DNA of 64,000 nt from an uncultured Gemmatimonadales bacterium (GCA_963701965.1 OY969695.1:2368001-2432000), one strand, 5' to 3'. Counted from the stretch's first letter, positions 10,925-21,942 are shown. Program-made: numbers and translations. The notes: generated from the sequence alone by a model not told the origin.

Positions 10925-11939
10925 CGTCGGCGCGCAAGAGCACGGTGTTGATCGGGGTGGGAATCGCCACCCCTTCGTCGGCCAGACGGGTCAGCGTGCC
11001 CAGCGTGACCGCTTGTTGCGCGGTCATGTACGCGCCGTAATCGGCGGAGAGCACGAAGTAGAGCGTCTCGACCTCGACGCCGGCGTCGCCGAGCGCGCGG
11101 ACGTGGGAACGGGCCAATCGCGTTTGCGGGACCCCGGCAACCACATCACTGATGAGCGCGGGGACGCCGGCGATCATGTGGGGCGGGTTCTGATACGAGA
11201 GCCGCGTGACCATTGTCACCGCCCGCTCGCTCATGCGCTTCCAGTTGCGAATGCGACTTTTGAGGAGATCGCTGTTGGCGAAGATGAGTTGCTCGCCGGT
11301 GACGCTCCGGAGACGCGTGGTCTTGAGCCCGATGTGCTCGACGATCCCCGTGAACGTGTCGACGGTGATAGCGTCGCCGACGATGAAGGGCTTGTCCAAC
11401 ACGATCGATAGGGCGCCGAACAGGTCGCCCAAAATGTTCTGGACGGCGAGAGCGACCGCGACCCCGCTGATCCCGAGCCCCGCGACCAGGGTCGTGATGT
11501 GCACGCCGAGGTTGTCGAGGGCGATCAGGATGAGGATCAGCCACATCACCACGCGCGCGATGACGCCGAGGACGGCGAGCGTCGTCGGGCTCTGGGCGTC
11601 GCCCGAGATCGCGCGGCGCGAGGCGTAGCGGGCGACGCTGAAGGCGATCAGCCCGTTCCCCCACAGGGCCACCTGCAGCACCGACGCCAAGGTCACCAGC
11701 AGGCGGACCGTGTGCTCCCATCCCGTTGTCAGGACGAGATACTGGGAGGCGACGAGGAGCGCGAGCGCGACCAGGAAGAACACGCGGGTCTGCCGCAGCA
11801 CATTGGCGACGACCGGGATCGCGACGCGCCGCTGCAGCACGGCGCGGAGCACCAAGAGCAGCAGGAGGAGGACGGCGAAGATGCCGCCCGCCGTCAGCCA
11901 TGCGCGAACCGTGTTGTTCGTCAGCTCCCATTCGAGCAT
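10854..11939 (-). CDS. Small-conductance mechanosensitive channel (MscS family)
   Basis: LVAGLGISGVAVALAVQNILGDLFG, DKPFIVGD, GIVEHIGLKTTRLRS and IRNW motifs. Confidence 0.93.
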   Translation of the reverse strand: MLEWELTNNTVRAWLTAGGIFAVLLLLLLVLRAVLQRRVAIPVVANVLRQTRVFFLVALALLVASQYLVLTTGWEHTVRLLVTLASVLQVALWGNGLIAFSVARYASRRAISGDAQSPTTLAVLGVIARVVMWLILILIALDNLGVHITTLVAGLGISGVAVALAVQNILGDLFGALSIVLDKPFIVGDAITVDTFTGIVEHIGLKTTRLRSVTGEQLIFANSDLLKSRIRNWKRMSERAVTMVTRLSYQNPPHMIAGVPALISDVVAGVPQTRLARSHVRALGDAGVEVETLYFVLSADYGAYMTAQQAVTLGTLTRLADEGVAIPTPINTVLLRADVTTAVSPGPPPSPPPRTTPSPRA

Positions 11940-11960
11940 GGGAGTAAACTATAGTCGGTC

Positions 11961-13445
11961 CTACGCCGCGGAGGTCCGCTCGTCCCAGGCGACGCCGGCA
12001 TCGCACGCGTCGCAGTTGCCGCACCGCCAGTCCGGCGCGACGGGCTCGCCGAAGTACTCCAGGATCACCCGGGTGCGGCACTGGGCGGTCTGACAAAACC
12101 GGATGATGGCCCGCAGCTTGTCCTGATCTTTCGCCCGACGCTCCTCGTAGTCGATGAGATCCTGACTCAGGTCGACCTGGGTGAGTCGCCCGGCGAGCCG
12201 CTCCCAACTGCCGCCCCGATGCTCGCGTACGAGGCCGTGCCGCTTGAGGAGCGTGAACACGATCCGCGCTTTGCGGCGGGGCACGCCGGCCTGATTGGCG
12301 AGCTGGTCGAGCGACACCGGCGTGCGCTCGGGGTAGTGTTCCAGCACGATGGCGGCTTTGGCCGCTTCCTCGATCTCGGGGTACTTCCCGCCGAGGAAAT
12401 ACGACTGGATGCGGCGGTCCTCGACCCGATAGAGCACCGTGCAGGTGGCGGGTTCGCCGTCCCGGCCGGCGCGCCCGGCTTCCTGATAGTAGGACTCGAT
12501 GGACCCGGGAAAGTGATAGTGAATGATGGAGCGCAGATCCTGCTTGTCGATCCCGAGGCCGAAGGCGTTCGTCGCGATCATCGCGTGTAACGCGCCGGAC
12601 ATGAACTTGTTCTGCGCGCTCGTTCGCTCGGCCGCCGGCAATCTTGCCATGGTACAGCCCGACGGCGTACCGGTCCTTGAGCACCGTGTGAAGCCGTTCG
12701 GCTTCCTTGACGGTCGCGGCGTAGATGATCCCGGGCCCGGTGTCGTGATTCAGGATGTCGAGGAGCGCCTCATCCTTGGCACCGTCGTTTACCGTCCGGC
12801 GGACCTCGAACCGGAGGTTCGGTCGCGCAAAGCCGGTCACCGTGACAACCGGGTCGCGCAAGCCGAGTTGCCGCCCGATGTCGCGGCGGACCTCGTCCGT
12901 GGCCGTCGCCGTGAGCGCGAGTATCGGCGGCCGGCCCAGTCGCTCGGCCACCGAACCGAGCATCAAATAGTCGGGACGGAAGTCGTGGCCCCATTGGCTC
13001 ACGCAGTGGGCCTCGTCGACCACGAACAGGCTCACGCGGCGCGAGAGGAGCCGCTCGAAGAAATCGCGGTCCTTGAAGCGCTCCGGCGTCATGTAGAGGA
13101 TCTGCCCCTCGCCGTCGGAGACCTGCCGGTGCGCTTCGCGCGTTTGCGGCCCTGTGAGGTGCGAATGCATCGCCACCGAATCGACACCCTGTGCAATCAG
13201 CTTGTCGTGCTGGTCCTTCATCAAGGCGATCAGCGGCGTGATCACCACGGTGAGTCCAGGCAGGACGAGGGCGGGCAGTTGGAAGACCAGTGACTTCCCG
13301 CTGCCCGTGGGCATCACGACGATCGAGTCCCGTCCAGCGAGAACGGCTTCGATCGACGGCCACTGGCCGAGCTGGAAGTCCGCGTGCCCGAACTGCTCGG
13401 ACAAGAGCGTTCGGGCCCGCGCGAGCAGAGAGGGGAGCGTCCCAT
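11961..13445 (-). CDS. recQ: RecQ-family ATP-dependent DNA helicase; frameshift at ~12640 and probably a second at ~13430
   Basis: MPTGSGKS, VDEAHCVSQWGHDFRPDY and LTATAT in one frame. ATNAFGLGIDK, YYQEAGRAGRDG and the zinc site CRTRVILEYFG...CGNCDAC in the next frame. Likely ATG at 13445; lacks HRDC. Confidence 0.9.
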
Positions 13446-13495
13446 GCCAATGGGAGTCGCAGATTCCGTTCCATTGGCAACAGTTAACTTGCTGA

Positions 13496-14605
13496 GTGAC
13501 TTACTGGTGCTTTGCTGTCGCCGCGCCTGGGCTCGAAGGCCTGGTCGCGCAGGAGTTGGAATCGCTCGGCATCCGTCCAGTCGAGTCAGGTGCGGGCGGC
13601 GTCGCCTTCCAGGCGGATGCCCGGGCGTTGTACTCGGCGAACCTGCAGTTGCGCGTCGCCAGTCGCGTCGTGATCCGGCTGGCGCGGTTTCACGCCGAGG
13701 CGTTTCACGATCTGGAACGACACGCGAAGCGCGTGCCGTTCGAGCGATTTCTCGCGCGCGGCGCGCAAGTCCACGTGACGGCGACGTGTCGGAAGTCGCG
13801 GCTGTACCACTCGGACGCCGTCGCCGAGCGCGTGGCGCGCGCCATCGAGCGGTATACCGGCACGCCGGATGCCGGGACGTCAAACGAATCCGCCGTCCTG
13901 GTGTTGGCGCGCATCTTCCGCGATGAGTGCACGATCAGCCTCGATACCTCGGGCGCGCTGTTACATCGCCGCGGGTACCGGCTGGCCACCGCCAAGGCGC
14001 CCATGCGCGAGACGCTCGCTGCCGGCATACTGGCGGTGAGCGGTTGGGACGAGCGCTCCGCCCTCGTCGATCCGTTCTGCGGATCGGGCACGATCCCCAT
14101 CGAAGCCGCGCTCCGGGCGCGCCATCGCGCGCCGGGTGTGTCACGATCATTTGGATTCATGCAATGGCCGGAGTTCGAGGCCCGGACCTGGGACGAAGTC
14201 CTGGCCGCGGCCCGCGCCGCCGAGGGCCCGGCCCAGGGATTGATCATCGCCGCGGACCGGGACGCCGGCGCGGCGGCGGCGACGCTCGCCAACGCCGAGC
14301 GGGCGGGCGTCGCCGCCGACATCGAGATCCGCACACAGCCGCTGTCGGCCCTCGCGCGTCCGGCGCCGGCCGGCTGGGTGGTGACGAACCCGCCGTACGG
14401 CGTGCGCGTCGGGGACCGCACGCAGCTCCGCGATCTCTACGCGCGCCTGGGCGACGTCGCGCGGACGGTGCTCCCCGGCTGGTCGGTCGCGCTGCTCGGC
14501 GATCGTGCGCTGATGCGCGAGACGCGCCTTCCGTTGTCGCCCGAGATCCAGACGTCGAACGGCGGCATCCCGGTGGCGATGTTCACCGGCTGCGTGCCGG
14601 ACTAG
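13496..14605 (+). CDS. THUMP-domain class I SAM-dependent rRNA methyltransferase (RlmL/YpsC-like)
   Basis: LHRRGYR, APMRETLAA, DPFCGSGTIPIEAA and NPPYG motifs. Confidence 0.92.
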   Translation: MTYWCFAVAAPGLEGLVAQELESLGIRPVESGAGGVAFQADARALYSANLQLRVASRVVIRLARFHAEAFHDLERHAKRVPFERFLARGAQVHVTATCRKSRLYHSDAVAERVARAIERYTGTPDAGTSNESAVLVLARIFRDECTISLDTSGALLHRRGYRLATAKAPMRETLAAGILAVSGWDERSALVDPFCGSGTIPIEAALRARHRAPGVSRSFGFMQWPEFEARTWDEVLAAARAAEGPAQGLIIAADRDAGAAAATLANAERAGVAADIEIRTQPLSALARPAPAGWVVTNPPYGVRVGDRTQLRDLYARLGDVARTVLPGWSVALLGDRALMRETRLPLSPEIQTSNGGIPVAMFTGCVPD

Positions 14606-15494
14606 CGAGCGCTGAACGCAGGGCGTCCGCGAGCTGCGGATGACGAAACACGTATCCCGCGCGCTCCAGCGCGCGGGGATAGACGCGTTGGCTCGCCATC
14701 AAGACCTGCTCGCCCATCTCGCCGTACGCCAGCTTCAACGCGAACGCGGGCACGGTCGCCAGCGCCGGCCAATGCAGCGCATGTCCCAACTCGTGCGTGA
14801 ACTCGGCGTTGGTCACCGGATTGGGCGCGACGACGTTCACCGCTCCTGACACATGATCGGTGGTCAGGGCGAACTCGATCGCCGCCACGACGTCGTCGAG
14901 GGAGACCCAACTCATCCACTGGGTTCCCGGCCCCAACTTCCCGCCGGCGCCGAGCTTGAACGGCGGCAGCATCTTTTCCAACGCGCCGCCGGCCGCCGAC
15001 AGCACGATGCCGAGTCGCGCGATGACGGTGCGCACGCCGCGCTCGCCCGCCGGAGCGGTGGCCGCCTCCCAGGCGCGTCCGACATCGGCCAGAAAGCCTT
15101 CGCCGAGCGCCGCGGCTTCGTCGAGTGACTCATCGGCGCGATCACCGTAAATGCCGATGGCCGACGCGCTGACCAGGACCCGGGGCGGACGCGCCGCCGC
15201 GATGATCGCCCGCACGAGGGTCGTGGTCGCGTCGATCCGACTGAGGCGAATGCGCCGCTTGCGATCTGTGGTCCATCGCTCGGCCACGGGTTCGCCCGCC
15301 AGGTTCACGACCGCCTGAACGCCATCGAGCGCGGACGCGTCGAGCACGCCGCGCGCCGGATCCCAGAGCACGTCGCCGCGGCTGGCATCGGGGTTCCGGC
15401 GCACGAGACGCACGACGCGATGGCCAGCGGCCGTGAGGCGGGCGTCGAGCGCCGACCCAATGAGGCCGGTCGCCCCGGTGATCGCGACCTTCAT
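14583..15494 (-). CDS. TIGR01777 family NAD-dependent epimerase/oxidoreductase (YfcH-like)
   Basis: ITGATGLIG, VNLAGE, SASAIGIYG, GTQWMSWV and SQRVYP motifs. Confidence 0.93.
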   Translation of the reverse strand: MKVAITGATGLIGSALDARLTAAGHRVVRLVRRNPDASRGDVLWDPARGVLDASALDGVQAVVNLAGEPVAERWTTDRKRRIRLSRIDATTTLVRAIIAAARPPRVLVSASAIGIYGDRADESLDEAAALGEGFLADVGRAWEAATAPAGERGVRTVIARLGIVLSAAGGALEKMLPPFKLGAGGKLGPGTQWMSWVSLDDVVAAIEFALTTDHVSGAVNVVAPNPVTNAEFTHELGHALHWPALATVPAFALKLAYGEMGEQVLMASQRVYPRALERAGYVFRHPQLADALRSALASPARSR

Positions 15495-15505
15495 CCTCTA
15501 GAGCG

Positions 15506-15895
15506 TCAGGTGTCGCGCCGTCGACTCAGCACCGCGTCCAGCGCGTAGGCTCCGCCTCCGGCGGCGGCGAGAAACAGAAAGATGAAGCAGAGCAGCGTCG
15601 GGGTCTCCCCGTGATTCATGACGGGCCAGAATCCGCGCGGGAAGTGAAACATGAAGTACGCCACCGCCATCTCTCCCGAGGAGATGAACGCAGCCAGCCG
15701 CGTGAAAAGCCCCAGCAGGATCAGCGCGCCGCCGACCAGCTCAATGGTGCCGCCCGCGATCTGTAGGGGCCCAAGGTGATCGCTGGGCCCGCCGAATACC
15801 GGGAAGAACTTCTGCGCGCCGTGTTGCATGTACACGATCGCGGAGACCACACGCAGCAGCGCCAGCGTCGTGGTCGTGCTCGTGGATGAATTCAT
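15506..15895 (-). CDS. DoxX family membrane protein
   Basis: [31 protein letters not shown] and GGGAYALD motifs. Confidence 0.92.
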   Translation of the reverse strand: MNSSTSTTTTLALLRVVSAIVYMQHGAQKFFPVFGGPSDHLGPLQIAGGTIELVGGALILLGLFTRLAAFISSGEMAVAYFMFHFPRGFWPVMNHGETPTLLCFIFLFLAAAGGGAYALDAVLSRRRDT

Positions 15896-15918
15896 ACGTC
15901 TATAATAGGCTACACGGG

Positions 15919-17001
15919 ATGAAAGCGACAATCGCGGTACTGGCCGGCGATGGCATCGGCCCGGAGGTCATCGCCGAAGGCGTGCGCGTCTTGCACGCGA
16001 CCGGGGCGCGCTTTGGCCATACGTTCGAGATGCGGCCGGCGCTGATCGGCGGCGCGGCGCTCGACACCACTGGAAAGGCGCTCCCCGCCGAGACGGTCGC
16101 CATCGCCCTCGCATCGGACGCGGTCCTGCTCGGCGCCGTCGGTGGGCCCAAGTGGGACAATCCCGAGGCGGCGGAGGGGCCGGAGCTGGGGCTCATGGGT
16201 ATCCGAAAGGCGCTCGATCTCTACGCGAACGTGCGGCCCATCGCCGTCCACCCGGCGCTGGTCGGGACGTCGCCTATTCGGCCGGAGGTACTGCGGGGCG
16301 TCGACATCGTCGTCGTGCGCGAGCTCACCGGGGGGCTGTACTTCGGCGCCCGCGGAAGGGAAACGCTGGGCGACGGCGGCGAACGGGCATTCGACACGTG
16401 CGTCTACACGACCGGCGAGATCGAGCGCGTCACCCGCGTGGCGGCGCTTATGGCGCGGGACCGGCGGCGGCGGTTGACGTCGGTCGATAAAGCCAACGTG
16501 TTGACCACCTCGCGCCTGTGGCGCCGGGTCGTGACGCGCCTGATGCGCGACGAATTTCCGGACGTCGCACTCGAGCACATGCTGGTCAATGCCTGCGCCA
16601 TGCATCTGATCCGCCGCCCGGCGGAATTCAATGTGATCGTCACCGAGAACACGTTTGGCGACATTCTCACCGACGAGGCCGCGGTGCTGGTCGGCTCCGT
16701 GGGCATGCTCCCCTCGGCATCCCTCGGCGCCACGCCCCGCGGCCTGTACGAGCCGATCCACGGCACGGCGCCGGACATCGCCGGCAAAGGCATCGCCAAC
16801 CCCATCGCCACGATCCTCTCTGTCGCCATGCTCCTCCGTCACTCCCTCGGACTCGACGCCGAAGCGCGCGCCATCGAGCGCGCGGTGTCGGCGACGATCG
16901 ACGCCGGCTGCGTGACCGCCGACGTCGCGCCGGCCGGCGCGCGCACGGCGACGACGCGCGATGTGGGCGCCGCTGTGATCTCCGCCCTGACGCTCGCCTG
17001 A
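15919..17001 (+). CDS. leuB: 3-isopropylmalate dehydrogenase (stand-alone; one metal-ligand Asp replaced by Asn)
   Basis: [49 protein letters not shown] and [19 protein letters not shown] motifs. Confidence 0.88.
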   Translation: MKATIAVLAGDGIGPEVIAEGVRVLHATGARFGHTFEMRPALIGGAALDTTGKALPAETVAIALASDAVLLGAVGGPKWDNPEAAEGPELGLMGIRKALDLYANVRPIAVHPALVGTSPIRPEVLRGVDIVVVRELTGGLYFGARGRETLGDGGERAFDTCVYTTGEIERVTRVAALMARDRRRRLTSVDKANVLTTSRLWRRVVTRLMRDEFPDVALEHMLVNACAMHLIRRPAEFNVIVTENTFGDILTDEAAVLVGSVGMLPSASLGATPRGLYEPIHGTAPDIAGKGIANPIATILSVAMLLRHSLGLDAEARAIERAVSATIDAGCVTADVAPAGARTATTRDVGAAVISALTLA

Positions 17002-17134
17002 CGCACGGTCGGAGTTTCCACGTTGCGCCGGCGAATCGCGTGGCGTTAGGCTCGTTGCGGTCAACGCGGAGGCGGTGGTGGACACCCAGGAAAGAGTTCA
17101 GGCGGGGGATCGTCTCGACGGGGCGGTGCAGCTC

Positions 17135-17668
17135 ATGACGGCAGAGCAGTTTGCGGAGCTCTCGATCGACCAGTACTCGGAGCACTATCGGTTCGAGCTG
17201 GCCGATGGGTGCCTCCAGGTGCACGAGCCTGCGCAGCCTTATCACGGCTCGTCGATGACGCAGATCACGCTGCTGCTCGGCAGTTTCATCCGAGATCGTC
17301 GTCTCGGAAAGCTGTACACCGGCGACACGAACTACTTCATCAAGAGAAACCCCGACACGGTCCGCGGGCCCGATCTGGCCTTTGTCGGCGCCGATCGTCT
17401 CGGCACCGTGGACCGACGGTGGCTGACGCGGGCCGATCTCGTAGTCGAAGTCCTCTCGGCTAGCAACACGCCGGGTCTCATGGCGGCAAAACTCGCGAAC
17501 TACCTGCTGGTCGGCACGCGACTCATTTGGTATGTCGACGCAGAAAAGCGCCGCGTGTCCGTGCACCGGCTGGACGGGTCGACGACGATCCTGGGCGCGG
17601 ATGACGTGCTCTCGGGCGAAGACGTGCTCCCGGGATTCGAATGCCGCGTGAGGGAGTTTTTCGACTAG
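17135..17668 (+). CDS. Uma2 family (PD-(D/E)XK) endonuclease
   Basis: RFELADG, VRGPDLAFV, DLVVEVLS, KLANYL and GEDVLPGF motifs. Alternative GTG start at 17075. Confidence 0.9.
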   Translation: MTAEQFAELSIDQYSEHYRFELADGCLQVHEPAQPYHGSSMTQITLLLGSFIRDRRLGKLYTGDTNYFIKRNPDTVRGPDLAFVGADRLGTVDRRWLTRADLVVEVLSASNTPGLMAAKLANYLLVGTRLIWYVDAEKRRVSVHRLDGSTTILGADDVLSGEDVLPGFECRVREFFD

Positions 17669-17677
17669 CTTTCCGAT

Positions 17678-18394
17678 GTGATCGACGTCTCGGGCCTGAC
17701 ACGGCTGTACGGCGACCTGGTAGCAGTCGATAGGTTGTCGTTCCGCGTCGGGCCTGGTGAGATCATGGGACTCGTAGGGCCCAACGGGGCCGGAAAGACG
17801 ACGACGCTCCGGAGCCTCGCCGGTATCATCGCCCCCACCAGCGGCACCATCACGATCGCCGGCGTCGACCTCGCCCGCGACCCCCTCGCGGCGAAGCGCG
17901 CGCTCGCGTTCATCCCTGACGAGCCCGAGCTCTTCGAGTACTTGACCGTCGAAGAGCATCTGCGCTTCGTGGCCCGCGTCTACGGCGTCACTGGCGTCGA
18001 TGCCCGGATCGCGCCCCTGCTTGCCGAGCTGGAGCTGACCGACAAGCGCGGAACTCTGCCGGGCGAGCTGTCGCGCGGGATGCGCCAGAAACTCGCCATC
18101 GCTTGCGGACTGATCCACGATCCCTCGGTCCTGATCCTCGACGAGCCCCTGACCGGGCTCGATCCCGCAGGGATCCGCCGGATGAAAGAGACCATCGTCG
18201 CCCGCGCCGCCGCGGGCGCCGCTGTCGTCTTGAGCTCCCACCTGCTGCATCTGGTCGAGGAGCTGTGCACGCAGATCCTCGTGCTGCGCCGCGGCCACGC
18301 CGTCGCCTACGGGACGGTCGCCTCCATCATCGCCGAACGCCCCGACTTGGCCGGCCTCGGGCTCGAGGACCTCTTCCTCGCGCTCACGGAATGA
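17678..18394 (+). CDS. ABC transporter ATP-binding protein
   Basis: Walker A GPNGAGKTT, signature LSRGMRQK, Walker B LILDEP and H-loop SSH. Confidence 0.95.
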   Translation: MIDVSGLTRLYGDLVAVDRLSFRVGPGEIMGLVGPNGAGKTTTLRSLAGIIAPTSGTITIAGVDLARDPLAAKRALAFIPDEPELFEYLTVEEHLRFVARVYGVTGVDARIAPLLAELELTDKRGTLPGELSRGMRQKLAIACGLIHDPSVLILDEPLTGLDPAGIRRMKETIVARAAAGAAVVLSSHLLHLVEELCTQILVLRRGHAVAYGTVASIIAERPDLAGLGLEDLFLALTE

Positions 18395-20136
18395 CCGCCC
18401 CGGGATCGTCGCAGGGGTCCGCGTCCCTCATGTATTTGCTCGGTACGACCTTCCGGAACCGGGCACGCGCACAGCTGGCGCGCCTCCGGCAACCCCGGTA
18501 CGCCATCGCGCTGCTCATCGGGCTCGCCTACATCGGTCTCATTTTCTATCGCCCGGAGCAGAACGCGGCGACGCCACCGGCGCCGCCCATGCTGCAGCCC
18601 TCCCTCGCATTGGGCAGCGCCTTCCTACTGGCGGTGCTGACTGCCAAGTGGTGGATATTCGGCGCATCGACCGGCACGTTGGCGTTCACGCCCGCCGAGA
18701 TCCAGTTCTTGTTTCCCGCGCCGATCCCCCGGCGCGATCTCGTGCTCTATCGCGTCATCCGCGTCCAGTTCTCGATGCTGGTGAGCGCCCTCTTCATCGC
18801 GCTCTTGATCTGGCGGGGCGGATCGCCGTTGCCGGTGCCTCTCCGCGTGTTGGGCCTCTGGGTCCTCTTCGCGACGACCTTCATGCATCAGATGGGTGTG
18901 ACCTTGGTGCGCACCGCCGCCGCGCAGCGCGGACGCGGGCTTCGCCGCAGCGCCCCGGCGCTCGCGCTCGTCGGCATCTGTGTCATCCTGCTGGGCGTGT
19001 CCATCGCTCCGGCGTTCCGGCCGATCCATTCCATGCAGGACGCGGTCGACTTTTCCAATAACATCACCAACGCGCTCCGCGCGCCGCTGCCGTCGGCGAT
19101 CCTGCTGCCGTTTCACTGGCTCGTCGGCCCCGCGTATGCCCGCTCGACCGATGCCTGGGTCAGGGCGATCGGCCCGGCCGTCGTGCTCCTCATCCTCCAT
19201 TACGTCTGGGTGCTGCGCGCCGACGCGACGTTCCAGGACGCCGCGCTCGACGCCTCGGCGCGCCGCGCGGTGCGATTGGCCGCGCGCGCCGTGCCCGCGG
19301 TCCGCGCGCCGCGACGCGCCGAGCGTCCACTGGTCCCGCTGGCCTCGAGCGGGCCCGCGTGGTCGGCCATCGTGTGGAAGAACATGGTGTCGTTCACCCG
19401 GAGCCTCCGGGTGACGACGGCACTGCGGTTCACCATCGTGCTGCTCGTCGCGTTGGCCACCGCCAACCTGGCGGGGCTCGTGCCGTCGCGCGGCAATGGC
19501 CTCGATACCCCGGCCGTGCTCATCGGTGGCGGCGCCATGGTCGGCGTCGCCTATCTGGCGCTCGTTGGCCCCCTCCTCGTGCGCAACGATCTCCGCGGCG
19601 ATCTCGCGCATCTCGGCGTCCTGCGCACCTATCCCCTGCGCGGCCGCACGATCGTGTTCGCCGAGATCCTGTCGTCGGCCGCGACGCTCACCGTCATGCA
19701 GATCGGGCTCGCCCTGCTCGCGTTCGCGCTCTTCACGCCGATCGCGATCGGCCCCCGCGCGTCGATCCTGGCCGGCGCCCTCGTCGTTCTCCCGGCCGTG
19801 AACCTCACCAGCCTGACGATCCAGAACGCGGTCGCCATTCTCATTCCCGGTTGGACCCGCCTCGGCGCGGCGGTGCCCGAGGCTGGACAGGTGGGATTCG
19901 AAGCGGTGGGCCAGCGCGCGCTGGCCGGCATTGGCTCACTGCTCGCGCTCGCCATCTCCCTCGCTCCACCCACCGGCGCGGCCGTCGGCCTGGCGCTGCT
20001 CCTCGGCGGGTCCATTCCGGCCGTGACTGCGGGAGTCATCGCCGGCCTCGCCGTCGCCGCGGTCGAGATCTGGCTTGCCGTACTATTTATCGGGCGTCTT
20101 TTCGATCGTACCGATGCCGTCAGCGTCCGTGCGTGA
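18391..20136 (+). CDS. Putative ABC exporter permease
   Basis: ATGA overlap with the ATPase stop, many TM helices and the FTPAEIQFLFPAPI motif. Confidence 0.85.
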   Translation: MTAPGSSQGSASLMYLLGTTFRNRARAQLARLRQPRYAIALLIGLAYIGLIFYRPEQNAATPPAPPMLQPSLALGSAFLLAVLTAKWWIFGASTGTLAFTPAEIQFLFPAPIPRRDLVLYRVIRVQFSMLVSALFIALLIWRGGSPLPVPLRVLGLWVLFATTFMHQMGVTLVRTAAAQRGRGLRRSAPALALVGICVILLGVSIAPAFRPIHSMQDAVDFSNNITNALRAPLPSAILLPFHWLVGPAYARSTDAWVRAIGPAVVLLILHYVWVLRADATFQDAALDASARRAVRLAARAVPAVRAPRRAERPLVPLASSGPAWSAIVWKNMVSFTRSLRVTTALRFTIVLLVALATANLAGLVPSRGNGLDTPAVLIGGGAMVGVAYLALVGPLLVRNDLRGDLAHLGVLRTYPLRGRTIVFAEILSSAATLTVMQIGLALLAFALFTPIAIGPRASILAGALVVLPAVNLTSLTIQNAVAILIPGWTRLGAAVPEAGQVGFEAVGQRALAGIGSLLALAISLAPPTGAAVGLALLLGGSIPAVTAGVIAGLAVAAVEIWLAVLFIGRLFDRTDAVSVRA

Positions 20137-20448
20137 GTCCCCGAGCTGGTTCGCGCGCCGCACCGCGATCGTGCTCGACACGAGCGCGCCGATGCCCAGC
20201 GTGCCGGCGCAGATCAAGGAATACGCGGGCTCGCTCACCCGGGCCAACGCCAGCGCGACGAACACCAGTACCAGCGAGAGCACGGCCATGTCGCGCCCCG
20301 CTCGCGCGTTGGCCTCGTACCACACCCACTCGTCAGCGAACGTCGCGCGCGTGCGTATCCCGTAGAACCGATTCGGTTTGACGCGCCGCAACGCGAGCGG
20401 CGCCGACAGGATGAACAGCACGATCCCCGCCGTCAGGAAGAGTCTCAT
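20083..20448 (-). CDS. SdpI/YhfL family membrane protein
   Basis: VKPNRFYGIRTRATFADEWVWYEAN motif with three TM segments; ATG at 20448. Confidence 0.85.
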   Translation of the reverse strand: MRLFLTAGIVLFILSAPLALRRVKPNRFYGIRTRATFADEWVWYEANARAGRDMAVLSLVLVFVALALARVSEPAYSLICAGTLGIGALVSSTIAVRRANQLGDSRTDADGIGTIEKTPDK

Positions 20449-20475
20449 GGCCCGGAATATGAAGCCGGGAGTGTC

Positions 20476-21330
20476 ATGACTGCTACCAAAACCTGGTTCA
20501 TCACCGGCACATCGTCCGGCTTTGGTCACGCTTTCGCGACCTATGCCCTGTCCAAAGGGTACCACGTCGTCGCGACCGCGCGCGACGTGTCGAAACTGCA
20601 GCCGCTGGTCGCGCAGGCGCCCGACCGCGTGCTGCCGCTGGCACTCGACGTCGACCGGCCCGGCGATCCGCCGGCGGCGATCAGCGCCGCGATACAACGC
20701 TTCGGCCGGATCGATGCGCTGATCAACAACGCCGGCTTCGGCATCGTCGGCGCCGCCGAGGAGACGCCCGACCACGAGCTGCGCGCCCTCATGGAGACGA
20801 ATTTCTTCGGCGCCGTCGCGGTGATCCGGGCCGCCTTGCCGGTGCTGCGCGCGCAAGGCGCAGGCGCCATCGTGAACATCTCGAGCCAGGGCGGGCAACT
20901 GTCGTTCGGTGGGTTCAGCGCCTACTCCGCGTCCAAGTTCGCCCTGGAAGGCTTCTCCGAAGCGCTGGCCTACGAGGTCGCCCCCTTTGGCATCAAGGTG
21001 CTGATCGTGGAGCCCGGGAATTTCCGGACGAATCTCCTGGGATCCGGCACCCGGCGCATGCCGGAGCTCGCGGCCTATCGCGACGTCGTGGGGCGCACGC
21101 GCGATTTCGTGCGGGAGTCGAACGGCACGCAGGTGGGCGACCCGCTGCGCGCCGCCGCGGCGATCGACCTCGCCCTCGCCGCGGAGCGGACGCCGCTCCG
21201 GCTTCAGCTCGGTGAGGACGCGGTCGCCGCGGTGCGGGCGCACGCCGAGGGTCTGCTCGCCGACCTCCGCGCCTGGGAGCGCGTGGCCAGCGACACTCGA
21301 TTCGAGGCAGCGAGCGGTTCGCGCGCGTGA
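20476..21330 (+). CDS. Short-chain dehydrogenase/reductase
   Basis: ITGTSSGFG, NNAG, catalytic YSASK and VEPG motifs. Confidence 0.95.
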   Translation: MTATKTWFITGTSSGFGHAFATYALSKGYHVVATARDVSKLQPLVAQAPDRVLPLALDVDRPGDPPAAISAAIQRFGRIDALINNAGFGIVGAAEETPDHELRALMETNFFGAVAVIRAALPVLRAQGAGAIVNISSQGGQLSFGGFSAYSASKFALEGFSEALAYEVAPFGIKVLIVEPGNFRTNLLGSGTRRMPELAAYRDVVGRTRDFVRESNGTQVGDPLRAAAAIDLALAAERTPLRLQLGEDAVAAVRAHAEGLLADLRAWERVASDTRFEAASGSRA

Positions 21331-21369
21331 ATGGATGCGTGTGCACGCGAATTGCCGGTCAAGCGCCCC

Positions 21370-21942
21370 ATGACGACTCAACGCATGGTCGTGGCGGCGC
21401 TGGCGGCTGTCTCGCTCGGCTGTGCGAGCGGGATTCATGTCGTCACCGACCACGACCCGACCGCGAACTTCAAGCAGTACAGCACGTACCGGTGGCACGA
21501 CGGCACACCGGCCAAGAACCCGTTGACCGATCAGAGGATCAAGACCGCCATCGATTCGCAGATGATGGCCAAGGGCTTTCGACAGGTATCGGACAGCGCC
21601 GATCTCACGGTGACGTACCACGCGTCGACAGGCCAGCAGGTCGACGTGAACACCATGTATCAAAACGATGCGTGGGGACCCTACGGCTGGGGGCGGTATG
21701 GCCCGTACGGTAACTACTGGTACGGGCGCCCTTGGGGTCCGACCTACGCCACGACCACCGCGGACACCGTCACGACCGGAACCGTCGTGGTCGATATGAT
21801 CGACAACAAGACGAAAAAGCTCGTCTGGCGCGGTGTCGGCAGCGATGCGTTGAACGGGGATCCGAAGCAGCTCAGCGAGGCGATCAAGAAAGGGGCGGTG
21901 GAGATGTTTCGGGATTTCCCGCCGAAGGCGGCGTCGAGCTGA
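21370..21942 (+). CDS. DUF4136 domain lipoprotein
   Basis: Lipobox SLGC, DHDPTANFKQYSTY, a Gly/Tyr/Trp-rich loop, GTVVVDMID, LVWRG and FPP. Confidence 0.9.
   Translation: MTTQRMVVAALAAVSLGCASGIHVVTDHDPTANFKQYSTYRWHDGTPAKNPLTDQRIKTAIDSQMMAKGFRQVSDSADLTVTYHASTGQQVDVNTMYQNDAWGPYGWGRYGPYGNYWYGRPWGPTYATTTADTVTTGTVVVDMIDNKTKKLVWRGVGSDALNGDPKQLSEAIKKGAVEMFRDFPPKAASS

Noticed and set aside
11146..12640. 752-aa RecQ with a novel C-terminal extension
   Set aside because: The extension is out-of-frame read-through after the ~12640 frameshift; the true C-terminus is in the 11961-12650 frame.
13446..13479. Inverted repeat TGCCAATGG...CCATTGGCA between recQ and the methyltransferase
   Set aside because: Could be an operator or hairpin, but it is a single instance with no cognate regulator or second copy seen.
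17135..17668. Uma2 endonuclease as a defence system
   Set aside because: A stand-alone member of a commonly expanded family, in host-like context with no partner genes.
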